Below, in pieces: positions 26,206 to 39,693 of a stretch of DNA of 64,000 nucleotides. Each line of letters opens with the position of its first letter. Positions within the stretch are counted from its first letter, which is position 1. The position numbers and the translations under genes are program-made. The notes below the pieces were generated by a model. That model was not told the origin of the DNA. It did no database searches and saw nothing but the letters and a program-made list of their open reading frames with translations. Source of the DNA: Eledone cirrhosa (Eukaryota); contig OZ024748.1 of NCBI GenBank assembly GCA_964016885.1, forward strand, positions 52,142,001 through 52,206,000, read 5' to 3'.

Positions 26206-28329
26206 CAGGGAAAAGTGGACGTAAAATGATGATGATGATGATGATGATGATGATACACACACACATGTATATATATATACACTCACACACACACATATAT
26301 ACACATACACACATATATACACACACACATAAATACATACAGATATACACACACATATATACACACACACATACATATATACACACACACACATACACAC
26401 ATATATATACACTCACACATACACACACACACATATTGACATATATATATATCTAAAATAAACGTATTATAAATTGATTAATCAATTTATAAGGTATCTA
26501 TTTTTAAAGTTCTAGTTAAACTTTAATTAGTTACCTACCTGGCTGTGTGTGCTTACACACTTTTACAAATTATTCCCTGTGATTGTTTCATATGTTTATT
26601 TTAGATATATATATATATATATATGTCAATCATTTTCTAGTTGATATAAAATGCTCGGATCTATTCATTGGAATCTTGGAGCATATTCTAAGGTGGATAT
26701 GGTGCATGTCTCTCGGACATGACACCCTTAATTTAATTTTGTATATATATATATATATATATAAATTAATAAAAATAATGAATAAAAACAAAGAAAACAG
26801 TTCCTTATATTAAAAAATTCATCATTTTACGATCGTTTCTAGGATATATATGTGTGTGTTGGTATGTATATCATATAGATCTATGTAAAAGTTTTACAAA
26901 CTTTTGATCGCAAGCCCAATGCTCTAACCACTAAGCCATGTGCCTCCATACATACATATACATATATATATATATGCAAAAAGTAAAGAGAAACCACAAA
27001 ACAAACAACACAGTACAATGAAGAAATATATTAGTTTAATACCTTGGTTCAGTAGGAAAAGAGTGAGGAACCCAGCTGCTGAGCTCTGGCCGTTTCAACA
27101 GCTAGATCTGAACTAAGCCCACTCCACTACCCTAAGTATTGAGTACTCTGGTGCATTATGGTCCACCTGATATCTTACCACACCCTCTTTGTTTTATATA
27201 TACATACGTATGTAAAAGGTAAACAGAAATAATAACGCAATCGGTACAGTACATGTAAGGAATCGATTAGCTTAACGTTTGAAATAGCAGGAAGAGACTC
27301 TAAACGTTTCGGACGCTAGTCCTTCATCAAATGAAAGAATGAGAAATTAGAAAGATTTAAGGGATGGACAAGGTGATATACAAAGCCATTCACTCTTGAA
27401 ATTATATTAGGAGCTAAGTATTAATCCTTGAACTTTCATTACGGGTAATATGATGCATATCTGTAATTTCTCAGACCCAACATTTTTGTTCATTTTAATA
27501 ATAATATATATATATATATATACATGACATAAAGTGTTACTCAGCTGTAGAAATGAGATGATAAGACTGGGGTCCCTATCATTCCACTGCAAAGTGGTCA
27601 TGGTGGTGCCACGGCAAAAAAGCACCCAGCCCACACTGTAAAGTGGACATGTAGGCGCCATGGAAAAAAAAGCACCCAGCACTCACTGTAAATGAGGTTG
27701 GTGTTAGGGAGGGCATCCAGCTGTAGAAATCAAGCCAGACTCAGTTCCCATCCCACCCTTGCAAGCAGGGAAAATCAGACGTAAAATAATGATGATGATG
27801 ATGATGATACACACACACATATATATATGTATATGTTTGTGTGTGAATTTGTGGGGCTGAGTCACTCCTTTTAGAGAGCAGACAAATTATTTGTTCATTA
27901 TAGTGACTATAATATTATATATTTGTGGTTTTATATGAAAGGTCTGTTGGTGAAAAAAAGGTTTTTAGAATATAAATTGTTTATCTAAGATTTCATGTGT
28001 ATTATTTAGCTTGATGTGGTGAACTTATATTCTATAAAAAATTTAATGTGATGATGTATATATCTTACTGTAGAATGATTGTAGATTTCTGATTGATTAA
28101 TTTTAATATGTTGTTATAATATTGGAACATATGCAAAGTATTTCATGTGTTTGGCAGAGTATGGAAGGTTTTCTTTCAGGTAGCTTATAATTCTTGAAAA
28201 CATGTCTAAACGGAGAAATTTTTATTGCTGATATTAGGAATATATCTTTTTCTTCTTCGATCAAGTTGGCCTTATTAATATGTATTGTGAGTGTTAGTGT
28301 TAACTATGCGAGATAATGAGTGTTATCCC

Positions 28330-28960
28330 TCAGTACGTAGCGATCTTCCAAAGTGCAAGGATGAACTTGTCTGCATGAGAACACCTGTTAACATAATCCA
28401 TTCTGATGCTATGGCAATTAATGAAGATTTTCAGTTTGTTTAATATGTGTAATCTTTCTGTTTTGGAACAGGACATGCAACATTTCAGGATTTTCTCTTT
28501 AATCTCTTAGGGTGGCTGTGTTTCTTCATCTTTCTTTTATGGCTGGCCAAATTTTGGGAATTCTGATTCTCTGAATTTCTAAAGTTTCTTTCATGGTTGC
28601 AAAATCTTTGGTTGAATTTCCTTATCAATTATACCTATGTAAATCGTCCCATTTGTTTACTGTAGTGTGTTTGAGATAACTTCTGCTTTATATACGATGG
28701 ATTCCATGTATCATGCTTGATCTAGTGGGTCTATTTCAGGTTTTCTGCACAAATATCTTAGAAATTTATGTTGGCTTATTGGTGGCATATGCCTTCATAT
28801 TTTAGAACGGGAGTAGGAGACCATCAAACATTAACAATCAAAAATTGTTTTTATATCTATAATTACTTGGGAACTGCTTGTCTAAAAAGCTGGCAATATT
28901 TGGTCTATGCTTGATTTATTATTTAGGAAAAAGTAGGGTGAGCACCGTATAATTTCTGGT
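28330..28960 (-). pseudogene. Decayed Penelope-like ORF C-terminus (linker + GIY-YIG endonuclease)
   Basis: Broken minus frames give FLDKQFPSNY, VSYSRSK, CRKPEIDPLD, ESIVYKAEV (about 28678-28704), IYIG (about 28633-28644), FNQRFCNHERNFR and EIKEKILK, in the PLE order. Confidence 0.78.
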
Positions 28961-29207
28961 AGAGGTTGGGTGAGTTGTCACTGCAACAAGAGATGATCAA
29001 ATAACCAGCTTTTGATCATATATTTCATATTTTAACATGGTCCCTACAGTTGGATGCTTTTTGTAATACCAACCACCATACAGAGTGTACAGGGTGCATT
29101 TTATTGTGGCACTAACACACACACACATAGATATATATAATGTTATATAATAAATGTTAAGACAAATATATATATATATACACACACATATATATATATA
29201 CACACAC

Positions 29208-29240
<33 letters not shown>

Positions 29241-30384
29241 AACACACACACTCACGCATAATATATACACACACACAAAGAAAGGGAGAGGGAATAAAAG
29301 AAATTGATAGATATATTGATGCAGATATTTTCACATGTAGTTTTTTCTGTGAATGTTAAATCTGTAGAATGCACACAAAACATTGCATTTTGTCTTTAAC
29401 GTGTCAAATATTATAAGCAAACAAATTGAAAAAAAAGAAGAAAAAAACAATAAGACAGTGCTAATGGTGTTGGTGGCGGTGGAAAGTGGCAGTGGTGCTG
29501 GAGGTAGTGGTGGTAGTGGTTGGATGGAAGGTGGCAAATAAAATGAGAAGGTTGGGAAACTAACAATCTACAACAAACACCACCACCACAAGAGTATAAT
29601 AATATTAATAATAATATTCAAAAGTCGAATAAAAAAATATTTAAAGTTCAAAAGTAAAAAAATAAAATAAATTACAACCAGGATGTTTAATTTTTTTGAA
29701 TCTTCTTTTTTTTTTTTGGTTCCATTCTTTCTTTTCGATTATTTGAATTAATATTAACTAGATTTCATAAAAGAGAAAAGCAATTCATTCTTTTGTGATT
29801 CATTCCTTGTAAAAAAAAAAATACTATGACTAAAAAATATATATATGAAGAAACGGAAATTTAACAAAAAAATGAAATATGAAACGTAAAAAATACAAAG
29901 AACATGATGAAAAAAGTTTAGAGTAAAAAAAAAATGGAGAGAATGTATCTGACATGCGTGACCAATATTTCAGTTATGCTTCACTGGAGTTGGAATTCAT
30001 TGTAAATCTAGTCGATGTCTCTTTAGTTCATCAAGAAATCCAAATTAAAGAGAACGGCCATCTTGATTTCATGAATCGCATCTTGTGAGGAAGGAGAAAT
30101 ATGAAAGAAACTAACCCCCACACCCACAATCTAAAATAAAAAACTGAATAAAAAGAAAGAGAAGAAAGAAAAGTATTACATGGTATTACAGAACACTAAT
30201 GAAATTATGGTTTCTTTAGCTAAAAGCGAAAACAAATATAAAAGTATATATTTTTTTCGATCATTCATCTATATGTATTCACACACACACATATATATAT
30301 ATATATAAGTATATATATATATGGATATATATATATATGAATATATATATATGGATATATATATATATATATGAATATATATAT

Positions 30385-30425
<41 letters not shown>

Positions 30426-30470
30426 TATATATATGTTTATATATATATATATATATATGAATATATATAT

Positions 30471-30532
<62 letters not shown>

Positions 30533-30565
30533 ATATATATATATATATAAGAATATATATATGTT

Positions 30566-30596
<31 letters not shown>

Positions 30597-30665
30597 ATAT
30601 ATATATATAAGAATATATATATGTTTATATGTATATATATATGTGTGTGTGTATATATATATATA

Positions 30666-30706
<41 letters not shown>

Positions 30707-30819
30707 ATACATGTATATATATATATATATATATGTATGTGTATACATATATATGTATGTATACACATAGATATGTTTATACATACGTGTGTCCATATAC
30801 ATATGTCTATTTCTGTCTG

Positions 30820-30897
<78 letters not shown>

Positions 30898-31060
30898 TAT
30901 ATATACACAAAATATGTAGAATTATTTTGTTCCACTCAATGTTATAATTTAGAGCACAGTAAAGTTTAAAAACTAGCAAAACATAAAAAGCCAATTAAAA
31001 TAAAATACAAACAAGAATAATATGCACCCATACACATACTTACATCACACCCTCTCTCTC

Positions 31061-31106
<46 letters not shown>

Positions 31107-31631
31107 TATATATATTTATAGATATATATACATATGTATATATATATCATTTCATCGAAAAATAGATGTGAAATTGTATGTATATATATATATATACAAA
31201 TTTATACATATACACGCAGATACATAAATATGTGTTGGCATTCAATATGGATTTTTCGTTAACAGATTTTCGCACGTGCATGGTTCAAGGTCTTTGCATG
31301 AATTTGCAAGTGTGTAATTGTACACACTTGCAAATACAAAATATAGACAAGCTTATATCTATATTTTAATACAAGTATTACTTCCCATTCTACAGTGACA
31401 CACACACACATATATATATTAATAGTAGTAATAGTATATACAAAGACCAAAATCCAGCCATCTTGTCTGATGACCTTATGATAAACAGGCAAACCTCTAG
31501 AGCAGCAAGAGACACTATTTAGCCTTAATAAATCGATAGTGTGTACTCTTTCTCTCAAACATCAACCACATATGTATACATACATACATACATACATATG
31601 TATACATATATATATATATATTTTTTTTTTT

Positions 31632-32118
31632 AGTATGTGTTGGTTGTTTACCGACACCTCAGTATGCAGTGTGGAGCACTGAACGAAGTACGCAGATTGG
31701 TTTGTTTACTTCGGAGTAATTTAAAAACAAGTAAGTCAAACATGTTAAATTCGGCTTCATTTATTATCTGCTATATATATTTCAGTGACAGCTATTATTG
31801 GCTGTGACCTCATCAGGCAGTACGAATTAATGTAGAAAGAAACAGGTAAACATGGTGTTGAAATTAGTCCTACGAAGAACTGTAGTCATATGATTCCAAA
31901 TATGATTCCTGTTCCTCGTAGGACTAACAACAAACCCAGGAGCTGGACATATCGATGAATTGACAGAGTGGAACACATTACAACACCATGTTTACCTGTT
32001 TCTTTCTACATTAATTTGTACTTCCTGAAGAGGTCGCAGCCAATAATAGCTGTCATTGAAATATATATAGCAGATAATAAACGAAGCCGAATTTAACATG
32101 TTTGATTTATTTATTTTA
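31632..32118. mobile_element. Fold-back PLE-end module with a hammerhead in each arm (31768-31820 minus; 32021-32073 plus)
   Basis: About 138-bp inverted repeat 31723-31860 / 31981-32118; ctgc-CTGATGA-ggtcacagc..gctgtcact-GAAAT-atat-ATA-gcag. Confidence 0.8.
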
Positions 32119-32163
32119 TATATATATATATATATATATGTAGATAAATCTACCAAGAGTTTA

Positions 32164-32309
32164 TTATTTCTGAAGACGGCATATATATGTGTTGGTATGT
32201 ATATTTAATCTTGATAGTTTGTATAATTTTGTATAATTTTGTACATAGATCTGTTGAATATGCATGCCAATTCTAACACATATATATCCTAGAAACGATC
32301 GTTAAATAA
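32164..32309 (+). ncRNA. Hammerhead motif with 115-nt extended stem II
   Basis: ttattt-CTGAAGA-cggcatatatatgtgttgg..ctaacacatatatatccta-GAAAC-gatc-GTT-aaataa; partial inverted relative at about 26765-26900. Confidence 0.68.
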
Positions 32310-32481
32310 TGAACTTTTTTTGTTTAATATAAGGAACTGTTTCATTGTTTTATTCATTATTTTTTTAATATTTTATATATATATATATATATAAAATAAA
32401 TAAGTCAAACATGTTAAATTCGGCTTCGTTTAACCTATGCTAGCGTAGAAGGTAGGCGTTAAACGATGATGATGATAATGA

Positions 32482-32535
<54 letters not shown>

Positions 32536-32970
32536 TGTTTCTACTTTTTGCACAAGGCCAGCAATTACCCAGTGCATTACTGGTACTACTACTACTACTA
32601 ATAATAATAATAATAGTGAGTAAAATCGAAGTTGCAGCTGCGATTAGTATTTCTCAAAATCAATCTTCAGAAGCTGGCACGATGCACTCAATGAGATGAT
32701 ATCGATAAATCAATAAATCATAGCTCAGAGTAATAACAATACGTTAAGGGTGTGACACAGTGAAATATATATGTAAGGGCAGTTCTACGACAAATTAGAA
32801 ACTATACTCGAGGACGTGCGTTTCACCCAATGGATTCTCAACATACGTTGAATCCGAATGCGTGTCCTTTAGTATGGTTTGATAATTTGTTGTGGAACTG
32901 ACTTTCTACCAAACTCGTCCTATGGACTGAGTGCTCTACTTACTACAGTTATAAACTTCTGGTGTTTTAC

Positions 32971-33009
<39 letters not shown>

Positions 33010-33125
33010 TATGTATACGTACATACATATATGTATGTACGTATACATACTTATATTTAAGTAACAGCCGTACTAAAGTGAGAAATGAAATTTCGTTTCA
33101 TTTTTTCCGTTTATATATATATATG

Positions 33126-33157
<32 letters not shown>

Positions 33158-33167
33158 AATATATAAA

Positions 33168-33241
<74 letters not shown>

Positions 33242-33992
33242 TATAAATGAAAAGTATAGAAATTATTGTAGCAAGAAGCCAACAGTATTTCATAATATAT
33301 AAGTGACTATAGCGTCAAAATGGAAAAATAGTTAACATAAGATGTGGGAAAATAATTCAAACTCAATTCAAAAAGAATCAGGATAAAGATTCATCCACAG
33401 AATTTTGTGAAATCCAGGGAAAAATCAATAGAGCCTTAACTCAGAATAAAATAAAGTTTTAAATACTCATCCTTCAATTTGGAAAAACTACAAATGCTCT
33501 GTATGTATATATATATATATATATATATATAAGTGTGTGAAAAAATGGGGAGAAGAATACTGCATGGTTGCACATGGATAACATGTTATAAAATGAGTCC
33601 CTCATCAGTGATTTACCAACGGTCATAGGTATTTCATTGCATTAAAAATCATATACCTCACGTTGGCGCAATAATAACTAAAATAAGTTATTAGGACAAT
33701 TAAAACGCGTAAAGCGAGTGAGACAAGTAAACAACACAGAGGAAAGCTAACCGAAGATAGGAAGAGACACAAGCTACATAGTTATTCTATCAGTATAAGC
33801 TGGGTGAATATATGAGCGAGTAGAAAATAGACCTTTCGAGATGAATATATATATATATGTACACAGAGGTATCCACTGTAAGTTGTGGGGTCTATTCTGT
33901 AGGAAGAACTCAATGTAATCCATATGTTGAAAATGTTGTAGGTTAAGATAAATCTCAGAAAACAATAAAACATTAAAAGGAAAACAGTCATG

Positions 33993-34992
33993 ATATAAGT
34001 TAAAACAATGAAATAAAAAATCAAGTCATTAGAGATATACTTCACTGCTTTACAATCGTTTCTAGATGGTGATAATACATCGTATCTATACTCAGTTATT
34101 GATCTATGTAAGTTTACAAACTATCAGATAGAGAGAATATTTACTTACATGCATATCACCAGCTGTTTTCAAAAGCAATAATAATTTTATTCAATAATAA
34201 TTTTACTCAGAATTAGTATCATGTCCATATTTGGAGGTAGTTGAAGAACTAACGAATCAAATTGTTTTTTTCATATGGTGTTAAGATGAAAAGTAATACA
34301 CTTTAGTTGAGGTCATGACCCTCTGAAAGAAATGGTTGAAAGGTGTTAGTAGAAATGGCATAAAAGTCTATTAGGAAGGAAGGGGGTTGTCAAACTGATA
34401 GTTGAATGTATCTTGTATAGTGAATTTAAAAGGAATGTCAAAATAAATGGTGATTAGTGTTGTATTGAGTTTTAAGGTGAATATAAATTAATGTTATGGC
34501 TTGGAAAGATAGTATAAAACAATTTGATTCATTAGTTCTTCAACTACCTCCAAATATGGACATGATACTAATTCTGAGTAAAATTATTATTGAATAAAAT
34601 AGGGCGGTAGATTGGCAGTATCAGTAGAGGGTCGGACAATATGCTTTATGGCATAGTTACGTCCCTTTACGATCTGAGTTCAAATCCCACCGAGGTTGAC
34701 TTTGCCTTTCTTTCATCCTTACGGGGTCGATAAAATAAAGTACCAGTAATGCACTGGGTATTTGCTGGCCTTGTGCCTAAAGTAGAAACAATTATTATTG
34801 AATAAAATTATTATTGCTTTTGAAAACAGCTGGTGATATGCATGTAAGTAGATATTCTCTCTATCTGATAGTTTGTAAACTTACATAGATCAATAACTGA
34901 GTATAGATACAATGTATTATCACCACCTAGAAACGATCGTAAAGCAGTGAAGTATATCTCTAATGACTTGATTTTTTATTTCATTGTTTTAA

Positions 34993-34999
<7 letters not shown>
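33993..34999. mobile_element. Large fold-back PLE-end module (about 275-bp arms) with a SINE inserted in the right arm
   Basis: 33993-34268 is the reverse complement of 34516-34600 + 34809-34999; arms carry tgctt-TTGAAAA-..-GAAAC-gatc-GTA-aagca (degenerate hammerhead core). Confidence 0.78.
34601..34789 (+). mobile_element. Nin/Deu-domain-type SINE with 19-bp target-site duplication
   Basis: aattattattgaataaaat at 34582-34600 and 34790-34808; the empty site is preserved in the opposite palindrome arm. Confidence 0.92.
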
Positions 35000-35039
<40 letters not shown>

Positions 35040-35321
35040 CCTGTAGAGTGGTTGATGTTAGGACGGGCATTAATCTGTAGAAATCCTACCAAAAATGTTG
35101 AAATGTCTCAGCAGTCCTGTCACAGACTCAACAACCTCACTTGTGTTAGTGCCACAATAAAACACCCACTATTCTCAGTAAAGTGTATGTAAGAAGACAA
35201 ACTCTCACCCGATCTGAGAAGTCAGTAGCTTTGACTAAGTACTGATTTTATCTGCGACAACCCATCCAGCCTATCCCAGCATGGAAAAATGGATGTTAAA
35301 TGATGGTAATAACTATCATCA

Positions 35322-35805
35322 TAGGTAGTATCGGTGGAGGGTTAGATGCCAGGCTTTCCATCATAGAGTTATGTCCCTTTACGGTTTGAGTTCAAATCCC
35401 GCCGAGGGTCAATAAAATAAAGTACCAGTAATGCACTGGTATAATTGCTGGCCTTGTGCCAAAAGTAGAAACAATTATTTTTATTATCATTATTATTATT
35501 ATTATTATTATGCTTTCCAGCATAGTTACGTCCCTTTACGATCTGAGTTCAAATCCCGCCGAGGTTGACTTTGCCTTTCATCCTTACGGGGTCGATAAAA
35601 TAAAGTACCAGTAATACACTGGGTAATTGCTGGCCTTGTGCCTAAAGTAGAAACAATTATTATTATCATAAGAGTTATGGCCCTTTACCTTCTGAGTTCA
35701 AATCTGCTGAGGTTAACTTTGCCTTTCATCCTTATGGGGTTGATAAAATAAAGTACCAGTAATGCACTGGGGTAACTCCTGGCCTTGTGCCAAAAGTAGA
35801 AACAT
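35322..35805 (+). mobile_element. Three head-to-tail Nin/Deu-type SINE copies
   Basis: Three repeats ending ggccttgtgcc.aaagtagaaaca followed by (ATT)n. Confidence 0.85.
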
Positions 35806-35868
35806 TATTATTATTATCATTTATTATCTCTTACACTTTCATGTGTTCTTCGTAAAATAAAAGTTTAA

Positions 35869-36064
35869 CCCTTTAGCATGTCACATTACTCTATATTTAC
35901 TGTTGTAATTTCACAGAAAAGGCATATCAAATCTACGAGATGTTGATATTATTTATTTTGAGAACAATACCTTAACATCAGTATGAGCGGCTGGTTACGA
36001 CCTGTTTGAACAGAAGGAGGTGAGAGAATTCTGGCAGGATATGGCCAGTTTAAATACTAAAGGG
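35869..36064 (+). mobile_element. piggyBac-like MITE (family 1), uninterrupted
   Basis: TTAA-CCCTTTAG ... CTAAAGGG-TTAA; another copy at 59210-59429. Confidence 0.82.
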
Positions 36065-36781
36065 TTAATAAAGTACTTAATATATATTAAGATGTAGATT
36101 TTGTATAAATTATTAAAACCTTTATACTGCAACTCATTCCAGACATTTTGAGAGGCGTTCAATACCCATTAAAATGGATAATATCAGTTATAGATTATTA
36201 GCATCTTTAAAGAAAATCTTGGCTATCTCCGGTTGATCCTGGAATGCTGATTTATTCAGAATTGTTGTATCCAAGCAATTCAATAAATAGTTCAAATTGA
36301 GCTTCATAAAAAATATGAAAGAAAATAAACAAATAAAATATATAAATAATAAAAATAAAAATAAATATTATAAACTTAATCTTACATTTTTTTTTTCTGG
36401 AAAACACGCATTTTTTGTTGTACTAATTTACATAGTTACTCTAAATGAATTATTTTTGTAATTGGTAGCTTTTTTCAATGTCTAATGCAGAGCTTGGGGG
36501 TATACAATATTCTAGGTTTTTCTGTCAAGAGCTAAAAAGAAGACATTTCAGAAAAAAATCACGTACACTGTGACCTTCTCTTTTAAAAGATGTGCTGCTA
36601 TGTAGAATTTTATCTATCTAAGTGTTAAACTGTGGGCTACAACTTGGAATATACAGACAACAGACAGAAACACACGTATATACCTACATATGTAAGTACA
36701 CAAATATGTATGTACACACACATATATATATATATATATAAACATACATATGTAAATACATAAATATGTATGTACATAAAA

Positions 36782-36820
<39 letters not shown>

Positions 36821-36938
36821 TATACCTTCGTGTATAAGAACATAAATATTCATATATATATAAATAAATATATATATGTGTGTGTATGTATATATATATA
36901 TGTATATATATATACGTAAGTAAGTACATAAATATGTA

Positions 36939-36975
<37 letters not shown>

Positions 36976-37453
36976 GTATATATATACGTATATATATATA
37001 GATATACGCCCACACATTCCTAATTCTTTATATTTTAAGATGAATATATATATATTTCTACATACATACATACATACATACATAAATACATATATACATA
37101 CATACATATATACATACATACATATGCATGTATGTACATAGATATCTATATGGACACAAATACAAAAACCTTTATACTTTAAGATGAATAAATATTCACA
37201 GAAAGACGTAAGTATATATGGCAATGAGTCTAAGTATATATATATATATATATGAATGTTTGTGGAATATGCAAGTTTGTATGTGTGTATGTGTATGTGT
37301 GTGTATGTATTTGTGTGTGTTATGTATGCATGCGTGCATTTCCATGTGAAAAGAGATAGAGGGGGAAATAAAAAGAGAGAAGAGACAGATTGTAGATGTG
37401 AATTTCTTTCTAGAAATAAGAGTCTATTCATCATAAAATCAATATCAATATTA

Positions 37454-37484
<31 letters not shown>

Positions 37485-38019
37485 ATCTCTCTCTCTCTCT
37501 CTCTCTCGTTCTCTCTCTCTCTCTCTCTCTCGCTCTCTCTCGCTCTCTCTTTCTATCTCTCTCTCTCTCTCTCTCGCTCTCTCTCTCTCTCTACCCCTTT
37601 CTCTCTGACTCATTTATTTTCTCCCACTTTATCTCACTCTATCCCTCTCTTTTTCTGACTCTCATTTTCTACCACTCCCTCTCTCTCTCTAACTCCTTTT
37701 CTCCCACTCTCTCTCTCTCTCTCTCTCTCTACCCCCCTCTCTCTCTCTCTCTCTCTCTCTAACTCTCATTTTCTCCCAGTCTCCACTCCTCCCTCTCTGA
37801 CTACTTTCTCTCTCCACACTTCTCTCATTGACTCTCTTCTCACTCTCGCACTCACTCTCCCATTGTCTGTCTTTTTCTTCATTCTGGCATGGGTTAGTGT
37901 GTAACAAACTGAATCAGCCCCCAATATGGAGTTAGTGACCATAAAGATGGACCAGAGGACAACATCTTGATTCAGTGATACATTTATCATAGATTCTATA
38001 GCTGCATGACATTTCTTAC

Positions 38020-38144
38020 ATGAACTACTTTGCAGAGTGTCCTGGGTGCATTATATCAAAGCATATTACACACCCACACACACTAACTCCCTCACTCACA
38101 CATACTGATACAATGCACCCAGGACACTCTGCAAAAGAGTTCAT
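38020..38144. repeat. About 39-bp inverted repeat of an old RTE-UTR-type module
   Basis: atgaactactttgcagagtgtcctgggtgcattatatca / tgatacaatgcacccaggacactctgcaaaagagttcat. Confidence 0.8.
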
Positions 38145-38420
38145 ATATATATATATATATATATATCTTATATAAAATCACACATATCCAAATTCACTCT
38201 CTATCTCTAATATACACAAGAATATATATATATGTATGTGTGTGTGTGTGTGTGTGCTCAAACACACACACATATATACATGCAAAAATGTAAGCCTGCA
38301 TAAATATGCCTGTTTGCACCCACATATATATGATTTTAGTTATATATATATATATATACATATATATATCTATCTATATATATATATTTAGTTATGTAAT
38401 AAACAACATAAGTTAATTAT

Positions 38421-38481
38421 TTCATTTACCAGTGGTTTCTTGAAGACAGATGTTGTATCTGTCTTCAGTCATCAGAATGAA
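38421..38481 (-). ncRNA. Type I hammerhead motif
   Basis: Minus strand ttcatt-CTGATGA-c-tgaagacagat-acaac-atctgtcttca-a-GAAAC-cactg-GTA-aatgaa: 6-bp stem I, 11-bp stem II. Confidence 0.78.
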
Positions 38482-38586
38482 TAAAAAACATGGTGTTTGT
38501 TTTTATTAAATATGGATTTGAACTAATAAGCTCTGTAGCCTACATAGAGCACTCTTTTTTCCTGTACCTTTCCGATGGAAATCTTC

Positions 38587-38618
<32 letters not shown>

Positions 38619-38620
<2 letters not shown>

Positions 38621-38813
38621 CGAAGGAAATGTGGTAAGGAACCAGGTGGACCATAACGCACCAAAGTACTCAATACTTAGGGTAGTAGAGTGGGTAATAG
38701 GAACGAGTAGGACCCCGACGGCTGAGCTCAAGCCGTTTCGACGGCTAATTCTGGACTCAGAATTAGCCGTCGAAACGGCTTGAGCTCAGCCGTCGGGGTC
38801 CTACTCGATCCTA
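38619..38813. mobile_element. Fold-back island, family B (best-preserved copy)
   Basis: 56-bp arms 38698-38753 / 38758-38813 with one mismatch and a 4-nt loop. Confidence 0.8.
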
Positions 38814-38949
38814 TATATATATATATATACACACACATATATACATATATATCATCATCATCATTATGAGATAATATGATGATGATATCCAGAGACCTGA
38901 TAATATATATCATTAGTTTCCATCAACATCATTATCATTATTACCATTA

Positions 38950-39014
<65 letters not shown>

Positions 39015-39444
39015 GTTGTTGCTGTCGTTATTTCTCATTTGTATCTGTTTCTTTACTTGTTAGATTCTTACATTAGTTTTTTTTTTGTGTCCCCTGTTCT
39101 CCATTCACGAAAGTGCCCAGCAGATGAAGTTGAAAAATTTTTCAACTAGCTTAATTAAATTTATCAGTTTGTGATCTGCTTCCAGAAATATAAATATATA
39201 TATATATATGTGTGTGTGGAGAGAGAGAGAGATAAGTATACATACATAAGCATACACTTATATATATGCCTATATATAAATATATATATATATTTACATA
39301 CATATAAACTTGTGTATATATATAGATATACATATAAACTTGTATATATATATATATATATATATATACTTATATATAAATACGTATATACATATATATA
39401 TATACTTATATATAAATACGTATATACATATATATATATATACT

Positions 39445-39480
<36 letters not shown>

Positions 39481-39627
39481 CTTACATATATACATATATA
39501 TATATATACTTACATATATACATATATATATATATACTTACATATATACATATATATATATATATACTTATATATATATACATATATATATATACTTATA
39601 TATATACATATATATATACTTATATAT

Positions 39628-39693
<66 letters not shown>

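Noticed and set aside
29930-30170. Possible minus-strand terminal exon after a strong polypyrimidine tract and AG
   Set aside because: All frames stop within about 35 codons and show no recognisable similarity.
32635-32676. Minus-strand CTGAAGA-ttgattttga-GAAAT-acta-ATC
   Set aside because: Core present but stem II is very weak and stem I is offset; not counted.
33580-33615. CTGATGA on the minus strand, and a similar partial motif at 39121-39150
   Set aside because: No GAAA half at a suitable position.
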